From: a virus
Lineage: Duplodnaviria; Caudoviricetes
DNA: 25,827 nucleotides
Reading direction: 5' to 3' (one strand)
Virus record (IMG/VR): IMGVR_UViG_3300037307_000406
Span: 1-25,827 of that record
The notes beneath the pieces are model-generated. The model was given only the letters and a program-made list of their open reading frames with translations. It had not been told where the DNA came from and did no database searches. Shown piece after piece: positions 1 through 6,512 of this stretch (positions are counted from its first letter, which is position 1; the number at the start of each line of letters is the position of its first letter). The position numbers and the translations under genes were made by a program.

Positions 1-83
1 TGGCCTCCTTGGCGCGTGCCCGCGCCCGTGTGCGTGCCGCCTATCGCGGCACAACTCTCACTCACTCCGCGACCATGCCTGAA

Positions 84-130
84 CCGCAGTATCTGGTATG
101 AGCGGCAAAGCATACCACAACATCTAGCCT
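84..130. promoter_or_regulatory. Candidate tandem NrdR boxes
   Basis: ccgCagtATcTgGtat (84-99) and ccaCaAcATcTaGcct (115-130) resemble the NrdR-box consensus acaCwAtATaTwGtgt and are 31 bp apart. A minus-strand RBS (AAGGAGG, 4-10) points to a gene left of the window. Confidence 0.45.
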
Positions 131-792
131 AACCTGGGAGGCCCCCCGGCTCTGCCGGGGTGGCAGTAGCAGTTTGACATTTCAGGGAGTGTGTCCATGC
201 GTGGATACTTCCATCGTGAGCCGCCAAGCACACGAAAGGACGTATCACGATGGACACAGAGGAGAGTCTGAACCACTCGGTATGGGAGTGCAAGTATCAC
301 GTGGTATTCATCCCGAAGTGCCGCCGGAAGGTGCTGTACAGCCACTTACGGCGGCACCTGGGGGAGGTGTTCCGCAAGTTGGCGCTGCAGAAGGAGAGCC
401 GGGTCGAAGAGGGGCACTTGATGGTGGACCACGTCCACATGTTGTTATCGATTCCGCCCAAGTACGCGGTGTCGCACGTGGTGGGGTTCATCAAGGGGAA
501 GAGCGCGATTCACCTGGCCCGGGTGTATGGCGAAAACAAACGGAACTTCGTCGGGCAGCACTTCTGGGCACGCGGGTTCTTCGTGTCGACCGTCGGGCGT
601 GACGAAAAGGTGATCCGAGCCTACATCACGCGCCAGGAAGCGGAAGACACGCGATTGGATCAATTGGCGTTGTGGCGATAGGGGGCCACCGGCACGGTGG
701 CCCGAGGAATGGGGGCCGCGTTAGCGACCCCCGGCTTGCCGCTTTGAGCGGCTCACATTCGAAAGCCCCCGGCTCTGCCGGGGGATTGTTAC
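128..792 (+). mobile_element. IS200/IS605-family insertion sequence (tnpA only, no tnpB)
   Basis: Near-identical subterminal hairpins CCCCGGC-TCT-GCCGGGG (144-160) and CCCCCGGC-TCT-GCCGGGGG (766-784) flank tnpA. Extra 3' hairpins at 683-703 and 738-752. Right end TTAC at 789-792; putative target CTAG at 124-127. No terminal inverted repeats or target duplication, as expected for Y1 HUH elements. Confidence 0.88.
250..681 (+). CDS. tnpA: IS200/IS605 family Y1 (HUH) transposase
   Basis: 143 aa; N-terminal CKYHVVFIPKCRRK, HUH motif DHVHML, FWARGFFVSTVG and catalytic-Tyr motif YITRQ; RBS GAAAGGA upstream. Confidence 0.97.
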   Translation: MDTEESLNHSVWECKYHVVFIPKCRRKVLYSHLRRHLGEVFRKLALQKESRVEEGHLMVDHVHMLLSIPPKYAVSHVVGFIKGKSAIHLARVYGENKRNFVGQHFWARGFFVSTVGRDEKVIRAYITRQEAEDTRLDQLALWR

Positions 793-885
793 CTATGCGG
801 TCATTGTCGCGGGGGGCGACGGCACCCTAGGTGGTGGTGATGCCGGTCCCAGCCATTTTTTATTTTAAGTAAGCAAAGATCTTAC

Positions 886-914
886 TTGTTTTTCGGCCCG
901 CAAAATGTTATAAT
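886..914 (+). promoter_or_regulatory. Sigma70-type promoter for the HNH gene
   Basis: TTGTTT (886-891), 17-bp spacer, TATAAT (909-914) with extended -10 TG (906-907). AT-rich UP-like tract at about 855-872; RBS GGAGG at 921-925. Confidence 0.65.
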
Positions 915-930
915 GTCAGTGGAGGCATTT

Positions 931-1338
931 ATGGCAGCAAGAGGCTTTATAAATGCGGCAACGGCGAAGGAGCGGTACGAGCGGCAAAAGCAGCGCGTGA
1001 AGGAGCATCATAGAAAGTACAGGGCTGAGGTACTAGAAGCTCTTGGGGGGAAGTGTGCGTGCTGCGGAGAGGCAGAGCCTGCTTTTATGGCAATTGACCA
1101 TGCAAATAGTGATGGTGCAAAGCAAAGACAGGAGGATCCGGGGCAGCTGAACCTTACATGCTGGATTAGAAAACGTATGCGGCATAAACAGCCACTTGAT
1201 GGGTTCCGACTTCTTTGTTACAACTGTAATTTTGCTACCAGATTTGGGGATCCTTGTCCGCATACGTTGCGAAGTCCAATTCAGTCAATAGGCTCCACGG
1301 AGCAATTACTGGAGGAGGTTTCAGGGGTTTCGCCTTGA
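931..1338 (+). CDS. Zn-binding HNH endonuclease (free-standing)
   Basis: 135 aa from ATG 931 (RBS GGAGG); motifs GGKCACCGE, IDH, LLCYNCN, CPH. More AT-rich than the neighbouring genes. Confidence 0.85.
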   Translation: MAARGFINAATAKERYERQKQRVKEHHRKYRAEVLEALGGKCACCGEAEPAFMAIDHANSDGAKQRQEDPGQLNLTCWIRKRMRHKQPLDGFRLLCYNCNFATRFGDPCPHTLRSPIQSIGSTEQLLEEVSGVSP

Positions 1339-1363
1339 CTTCGGCGAAAGGATGGTGTATGAT
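1335..1363 (+). promoter_or_regulatory. Sigma70-type promoter
   Basis: TTGACT (1335-1340), 17-bp spacer, TATGAT (1358-1363). The -35 box lies inside the inverted repeat TTTCGCC/GGCGAAA (1328-1349). Confidence 0.6.
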
Positions 1364-1482
1364 TTGGGCTGTGGTGGGCGCCCCGCGCCTTACCCCTGCG
1401 GTTCGGGCCTTCTCCCCACTCACCTCCGAGGCTCGCCGCTGCGAGGCGCTCACCCAAATTCAGTTTTTGAAGGAGTGTTCAG

Positions 1483-1851
1483 ATGAAGAAGTTTGTGCTC
1501 ACGTTCGCCGCCCTGCTCTTTGCTACCACCGCTTTTGCACAGGGGATTCCGAATCCCACCAAGGCGATTTTTGAGGTGTCACCAGATCACACAGCTACGG
1601 CGGTGTATGAGATCGGCTACTTTCTAGCTGGTGCCGCTGAGCCGGTGCAGATCGCCTCGCTGGGCAGCTTCGCCGCCGTCACCTACCCCGGCGTGGCGAC
1701 TGCTCCCATTGACGTGAAGCCCCTGGCGTTCAGCGGCTACACGGCCAAGGTGCGCCTCACGGTTAGCGGCATGACCAGTGAGTGGAGTGCGCCCAGTAAC
1801 CCTTTCGGACGTGTCCCGCTTCCTCCGGGAAACGTGAATGTCGAACGGTAG
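1483..1851 (+). CDS. Secreted small beta-sandwich (FN3-like) protein
   Basis: Clear Sec signal peptide MKKFVLTFAALLFATTAFA|Q; RBS GAAGGAG; FN3-like C-terminus YTAKVR...SEWSAPSNPF...PPGNV. Confidence 0.7.
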   Translation: MKKFVLTFAALLFATTAFAQGIPNPTKAIFEVSPDHTATAVYEIGYFLAGAAEPVQIASLGSFAAVTYPGVATAPIDVKPLAFSGYTAKVRLTVSGMTSEWSAPSNPFGRVPLPPGNVNVER

Positions 1852-1897
1852 GTTGGTGGTGGAGGTGGCTGTGGAGACTCTTCAAGTGGTGTGAGTG

Positions 1898-2518
1898 ATG
1901 CCGCGAAAAAAGCTGCTCCCCCCAACGCTGCCAACAATTGAAGTATACGCAAGAATGACGAGCGGACTGGAGTGGGTCTGCCCTGACTGCGGAAAGATCA
2001 ACAGCTACACATATATTAGGTACAGGAAGCCGAGGATCAAGTGTAAGAACGAAGACTGCGGGCATATGTTCCTGCTCGGCGTCATGGTCGGGGAGCCTAG
2101 TGTAGTGGGCATCCCGCCCGGGAACACGCGCATTGTGCCACGGGGCAAGAAGCCGGGGATGATCTTGAACCGGAAGGCGCCGCCCAAGGGAGGGGCGGGC
2201 TGGGCACGGGCGCGGGGCGGGATCTTCTGGCTCTGCGACGACTGCGGAGCTTGGGCCTACGATCACCCAGACTGGGACACCGGACTCGTGCACTGCAACG
2301 TTTGCAGGAGCGTCAGGGGCACCGGGATCATCATCTACCACGCGCCAACCGGGAAAATTGTGGGGAGTCCCTGGGACTGGACTCCGCCACGGGGGTTCTA
2401 TGTTCCGAATGGTAAAAAGTGTATGGCTCCTCAGGCGGCTGGTGAGGGCGCAGGAGAGTCAGGCGGAGTCGCTTCGGACGCTGGTGAGGCTGCTCAAGAA
2501 GCAGATGGGGTTGCCTGA
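1898..2518 (+). CDS. Hypothetical protein with duplicated Zn-ribbon modules
   Basis: Two similar units: YARMTSGLEWVCPDCG...CKNEDC and WARARGGIFWLCDDCG...CNVC. Confidence 0.65.
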   Translation: MPRKKLLPPTLPTIEVYARMTSGLEWVCPDCGKINSYTYIRYRKPRIKCKNEDCGHMFLLGVMVGEPSVVGIPPGNTRIVPRGKKPGMILNRKAPPKGGAGWARARGGIFWLCDDCGAWAYDHPDWDTGLVHCNVCRSVRGTGIIIYHAPTGKIVGSPWDWTPPRGFYVPNGKKCMAPQAAGEGAGESGGVASDAGEAAQEADGVA

Positions 2519-2639
2519 TGAGTTCGAGGAGACGGAAGAAGGGGCCGAAGTCCTCTACACCAGAGACGAAGACACCTGGGAGTGGCAACAGCGAGATGCT
2601 CATGCTCGTGCCAAGGATGAAGGACGCCGCGACTGGTAA
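2400..2639 (+). CDS. Hypothetical protein (79 aa, overlapping neighbours)
   Basis: ATG 2400 after GGGGG; amphipathic basic N-terminus and acidic C-terminus look protein-like. Overlaps the low-complexity tail of the upstream ORF. Confidence 0.5.
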   Translation: MFRMVKSVWLLRRLVRAQESQAESLRTLVRLLKKQMGLPDEFEETEEGAEVLYTRDEDTWEWQQRDAHARAKDEGRRDW

Positions 2640-3240
2640 GTTCATGGCGGTAAATGAGCTGGACCAAGCTATGGGAGGAAGGGAGGGGCTCCTCAAGCAC
2701 CTGGAACACGCCCCGCACAGCGCCAAACTCGAAATACTCCTCAACGTGCTCGCCGATCCGCGCAGATCCATGCTCAAGCTGGATGAGGCGGTGAAGGACG
2801 CCGGGATCACTGCTCGTGAGTTCATGAGCATCTTCCGGGAAGCGAGCGTGGCGAAGGCGTTCACCGAAGCGAACCTCGCGCTCAGCGAACGGCTCAAGGA
2901 CGTAGCCGTGGACGTGGCGGACAAGGCCACCAACCACATTGAACCATGCAAGTGTACGCTAGGGGGGAAGCAGCCGCCCGAAGAAAAGTGCCAGGAGTGC
3001 AAAGGCAGCGGCCTTGTGTACTATCGCGGGAGCCTCCCGCATCAGCAGATGGTGTTCGAAACAAGCGGGCTGCTGAAGCGCGGGGGCGGCGTGAACGTGA
3101 ATGTGCAGCAGCAGGTGGCTGTGGGGGGTGGAGGACTTTTTGAACGGTTCGTAAAGGCGACGGACGCCGCCGCGTACGGGCAAAAAGTGATCGACGTGGA
3201 GCCGGAAGATGTCAAGGAAGCTGGATCAGATCAAAATTGA
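2596..3240 (+). CDS. Putative terminase small subunit with CxxCxGxG Zn-finger insert (start uncertain, 2518-2644)
   Basis: Lies just upstream of TerL; helical body; CKC...CQECKGSG; C-terminal GGGVNVNVQQQV and VIDVE tail reminiscent of TerS proteins. Confidence 0.55.
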   Translation: MLMLVPRMKDAATGKFMAVNELDQAMGGREGLLKHLEHAPHSAKLEILLNVLADPRRSMLKLDEAVKDAGITAREFMSIFREASVAKAFTEANLALSERLKDVAVDVADKATNHIEPCKCTLGGKQPPEEKCQECKGSGLVYYRGSLPHQQMVFETSGLLKRGGGVNVNVQQQVAVGGGGLFERFVKATDAAAYGQKVIDVEPEDVKEAGSDQN

Positions 3241-3394
3241 CCGGCTTCGCACCTTGTGGTGTGTCTGCGGACTTGGCCCGAAGGTCCTCAGCGAGCGTCT
3301 CGGCATCCCCCGGCGCACCGTTTTTCTCTATTTGAAGCAGTTTCGAGAGGTTGAGGGGCTTGTACAGCGAAAAAATCGCTCGAACGAGGCTTGA
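3209..3394 (+). CDS. Small helix-turn-helix DNA-binding protein
   Basis: 61 aa; GLGPKVLSERLGIPRRTVFLYL fits an HTH pattern; sits between the TerS-like gene and TerL. Confidence 0.65.
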   Translation: MSRKLDQIKIDRLRTLWCVCGLGPKVLSERLGIPRRTVFLYLKQFREVEGLVQRKNRSNEA

Positions 3395-4616
3395 TCGCAT
3401 CGTTGATGAGGTCAGAAAGGGGGTGGATCCCACCTTTGAGCCGCATTTTTACACCCCGGGCGAGGTTTTTGAGTGGATCGTGCGCCTCCACGGAGCCGTG
3501 AATGAGCAAAAAGAGGCCATACGACCTCTTTCAGCGGTCGAAGAGCGCTTCATTTTGAACGAATTGGCGATTTGCAAGGCCGATTTCAGGTACTGGATCG
3601 CCCGATATGCTCGGATCAAGACCAAGGACGCGACTTTGGAGCCGATTCGGCTGTGGGAGAGCCAGAGGATTATTCTAGATCGCATCGCGCAGGTGGAGGA
3701 GGGGGCTGTAGACGGCACGCGGGGCGATGGAGTGATCGTCAGTGTGCTGAAAGCTAGGCAGCTGGGCGCTTCCACACTTACTGAAGCCATGATCGCGCAC
3801 CGCGCCTTCTATTACGGCAATCTGATGGCGATTATTGCGGGTGATACACCGGAGCAGAGCGCCTATTTGTTCGACATGATCGAGCGGATCTACGAACATC
3901 TGCCGTGGTGGATGATGCCGGAGCTGACATATCACGTCAAAGACGCTCAGATGTTCTTCGGGAAGACAGACAGCTTGGTGAGTGTCTACGCAGCGAAGAG
4001 CACACGGGGATCGAACGATCTGGAGCTGGGAAAAGGGCAGCTGGGGCGCGGAAAAACGCCACACATTGCGCACCTCAGCGAGCTGAGCACGTGGCCGAAC
4101 CCCGATCAGCTCGATGACTCCTTTTTCCCGGCATTCCCCAGAACAAACATTGCGCTGTGTGTGATGGAGTCAACGGCGCGTGGGCGCGGCAACTGGTGGC
4201 ATGACACGTGGCGGCTTGCAAAACGCGGACTCGGGAGAAGCGTGCCGATCTTCATCCCGTGGTATGCAGAAACCCAGACATATAGGAGACCCGCTCCAGT
4301 TGACTGGACTCCCAGTGATCTTGCACTCGCACATGCCAAAAAGGCGCTCGAAGTCAGCCACTACTGGTGTGGGAGGACTATTACGCTGGATCGGGATCAG
4401 CTCTACTGGTGGGAGACGATGAGGGCGGAGTACAGCGAGAAAAAGAAACTGAACATCTTCCTGGCTGAGTACTGCGCGACTGACGACGAAGCGTTCCAGA
4501 ACACGTCGGTGAGCGTGTTCCCAAGTGAAGTCCTGGCCGTGCAGCGGGATCGTGCCAAGCCGATGATCGGGCTCCTTGAGATTCATCCTCGCAGCGCCAT
4601 GGTGAGCAAGACGTGA
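3360..4616 (+). CDS. terL: Terminase large subunit, N-terminal ATPase part
   Basis: Walker A VLKARQLGAST, Walker B HIAHLSE, coupling motif MESTARG, FIPWY. Likely TTG start at 3360 after GAGGGG (ORF track start 3351). Confidence 0.92.
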   Translation: MYSEKIARTRLDRIVDEVRKGVDPTFEPHFYTPGEVFEWIVRLHGAVNEQKEAIRPLSAVEERFILNELAICKADFRYWIARYARIKTKDATLEPIRLWESQRIILDRIAQVEEGAVDGTRGDGVIVSVLKARQLGASTLTEAMIAHRAFYYGNLMAIIAGDTPEQSAYLFDMIERIYEHLPWWMMPELTYHVKDAQMFFGKTDSLVSVYAAKSTRGSNDLELGKGQLGRGKTPHIAHLSELSTWPNPDQLDDSFFPAFPRTNIALCVMESTARGRGNWWHDTWRLAKRGLGRSVPIFIPWYAETQTYRRPAPVDWTPSDLALAHAKKALEVSHYWCGRTITLDRDQLYWWETMRAEYSEKKKLNIFLAEYCATDDEAFQNTSVSVFPSEVLAVQRDRAKPMIGLLEIHPRSAMVSKT

Positions 4617-4621
4617 GCAAG
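4602..4621 (+). repeat. 9-bp direct repeat (GTGAGCAAG-ac-GTGAGCAAG) at the TerL split
   Basis: Copies at 4602-4610 and 4613-4621, period 11 nt; each encodes V-S-K in its own ORF's frame. Confidence 0.9.
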
Positions 4622-5461
4622 GATCCCTTTCTCGACGCGATTCCCAAAGGCATGGGGTTCAAGTCTTTGGGAACTGATGTAGGAGCCTACGACTATGACT
4701 GGTGGAACGGACGACTACTCGTGTGGGAGCTTCCCCGAAATGGACACAGCTACGTGCTCGGTGTGGACGTGGCGGAGGGAGTTGGACAGGATCGGACTGT
4801 CGTTGAAGTGGTACGAAGAGGGACTGAGGAATCTCCTGACGAGCAAGTCGCAGAGTTCGCCACAGACACTCTCAATCCCATCGAGATGGTACCCATCGTT
4901 GCGACAATTGGAAAATTCTATTGCGACGATACGCGAGACGAAGCGCTCGCGGTGATCGAGTGCAACACCATTGGGGGGCAGGAGCTGCAGCTCGCGCTCC
5001 GCACACAGCACGATTACAGTAATCTGTTTGTGTGGAAGGTGTACGACAAGCGGGACAATGTATTTACCAACAAGCTTGGGTGGTGGACGAACCGCACGAC
5101 TCGTCCTAAGCTGATTGTTCGCGGGCTGCACGCCCTCGAAAAGGACGACCTTATCATCAACTCCCCGTTTCTGATTGACGAAATGGAGGATTTCGAACGG
5201 GATCACTTCCTGGCGCAGGCGAAGGCGAAGTTCGGCAGGCATGATGACCGCGTCATTGCCATTCTCATGGCCCACGTGGGGGCCCATGATGACGAGTGGC
5301 TGGCTGGGGAGGATATGGCGGAGCAGCGACGGTTGTTGACACTTGCAGGGGGCGTGCGCAAGACTGCAGAAGTAAAAACCGGCCGTCGCGCGGATTTTCA
5401 GAACACGGCAATCACGTACGAAGAAATGATGGCGAGGGCCGAGGAGGTTTTGTGGGATTGA
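4613..5461 (+). CDS. terL: Terminase large subunit, C-terminal RNase H-like nuclease part
   Basis: YVLGVDVAEGVGQD, AVIECNTIG, LGWWT, HDDRVIA acidic nuclease motifs; GTGA overlap with the ATPase ORF. Confidence 0.92.
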   Translation: MSKDPFLDAIPKGMGFKSLGTDVGAYDYDWWNGRLLVWELPRNGHSYVLGVDVAEGVGQDRTVVEVVRRGTEESPDEQVAEFATDTLNPIEMVPIVATIGKFYCDDTRDEALAVIECNTIGGQELQLALRTQHDYSNLFVWKVYDKRDNVFTNKLGWWTNRTTRPKLIVRGLHALEKDDLIINSPFLIDEMEDFERDHFLAQAKAKFGRHDDRVIAILMAHVGAHDDEWLAGEDMAEQRRLLTLAGGVRKTAEVKTGRRADFQNTAITYEEMMARAEEVLWD

Positions 5462-5847
5462 AGGTAACAGTCGATATGCCCCAGGAGACCTACGACAAGC
5501 TCCTGAAGCGGGCGGGGACGAAGGACGACAAAGGTGTTGCTAGCCTTGCTGCTCGGGTTCTTGGGCGGTTTGGCGATGTGCCTGATTCGGATCGAGTTAT
5601 CGTGGTCCGAAACGAAGGGCGCAAAAAGCTTGAAGAGCTGATCCAAACCACCATCGAGGACGAAGAACAGCTCGTCAATCTGGTGCGGAACCTGTGCAAG
5701 GTGAAAATTGGCACAGTGGAGTACCCCCTTAGTCCCGCGCAGACCATTGCGCTCACCGAACAGGCCACGTTCCACGGCTGGAACGTCGATGAGTATATCA
5801 AAATGACCACCGACAGGGTGTTCAACGAGCTGTTGGGGCTGCTCTGA
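5452..5847 (+). CDS. Hypothetical protein, ribbon-helix-helix-like N-terminus
   Basis: GTG 5452 after RBS GAGGAGG; LKVTVDMPQETYDKLLKRA strand-helix pattern. Confidence 0.6.
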   Translation: MGLKVTVDMPQETYDKLLKRAGTKDDKGVASLAARVLGRFGDVPDSDRVIVVRNEGRKKLEELIQTTIEDEEQLVNLVRNLCKVKIGTVEYPLSPAQTIALTEQATFHGWNVDEYIKMTTDRVFNELLGLL

Positions 5848-6005
5848 TGACGCTGCAGATTATTCAGTGTGGCTGCGGAATGGGGAGGGTGCTCCCTCGT
5901 GACCTGAAACTGTTCGAGCGCTTCTCTCTTGGCGCGTGCCTCAAGTGCGGCGCCGCCTTTAGGGGAATCAGGCTTCCTTTGTTGGGCGTGTGGAGGCTTT
6001 CATGA
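5847..6005 (+). CDS. Small Cys-rich hypothetical protein (52 aa, not in ORF track)
   Basis: TGATG overlap upstream and ATGA overlap downstream; MTLQIIQCGCG...ACLKCGAAF. Confidence 0.5.
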   Translation: MTLQIIQCGCGMGRVLPRDLKLFERFSLGACLKCGAAFRGIRLPLLGVWRLS

Positions 6006-6181
6006 GACAGGAAATTGCGTCGTACATCATGCTCGTTGTTGCCGTCCTGGGGTTCCTTGCCAACCAGGGGGATCTCTTCCCGGCGGGGTACTACAAGTAC
6101 ATCAACGTATCCATGGGCATCCTTGGAATCATTGCGGCTTTCCTCAAGGACAACCGATCCATTTTCCCTGTGAAGCAGTAA
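6002..6181 (+). CDS. Small two-TM membrane protein (holin-like)
   Basis: 59 aa from ATG 6002 (RBS GGAGG); two hydrophobic segments and a charged C-tail. Confidence 0.6.
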   Translation: MRQEIASYIMLVVAVLGFLANQGDLFPAGYYKYINVSMGILGIIAAFLKDNRSIFPVKQ

Positions 6182-6182
6182 C

Positions 6183-6512
6183 ATGCCCCTCCGCGACTTC
6201 ACGTGCAAAAAGTGCGGCAAGACCCAGGAGAGATTCTACTGGGCGAGCAAGGGAATCCCGGACTGTGAGTGCGGCGGGATACTTGAAATGCTCCCGCTCA
6301 CCAATGACGTCAGGGGCAAAACAGGTATCTTCCCTTATACCTGCACCCACGTTGACGGTAACGGCACCCCAATAACAATTGAGAGCCTCGGCCACCTCCG
6401 AAAGGTGGAGAAGCAGTACGGTGTCGTCTTCAGCGCTTTCAGCCAGAACCGCAACAACCCCGACCACATCCGCGACCTCCCACGTCACAAAGTTGGGGGA
6501 CGGGAGTACTAG
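6183..6512 (+). CDS. FmdB-like Zn-ribbon protein
   Basis: MPLRDFTCKKCG...CECGG; directly upstream of the portal gene. Confidence 0.75.
   Translation: MPLRDFTCKKCGKTQERFYWASKGIPDCECGGILEMLPLTNDVRGKTGIFPYTCTHVDGNGTPITIESLGHLRKVEKQYGVVFSAFSQNRNNPDHIRDLPRHKVGGREY

Noticed and set aside
174-205. TTGACA at 174-179 as a tnpA promoter
   Set aside because: No credible -10 hexamer 16-18 bp downstream.
250-1338. tnpA plus downstream HNH as an IscB/IshB/TnpB-type RNA-guided system
   Set aside because: The HNH gene lies outside the IS right end (792), has its own promoter, and lacks PLMP or RuvC motifs; the hairpins after tnpA are ordinary IS200-type end structures.
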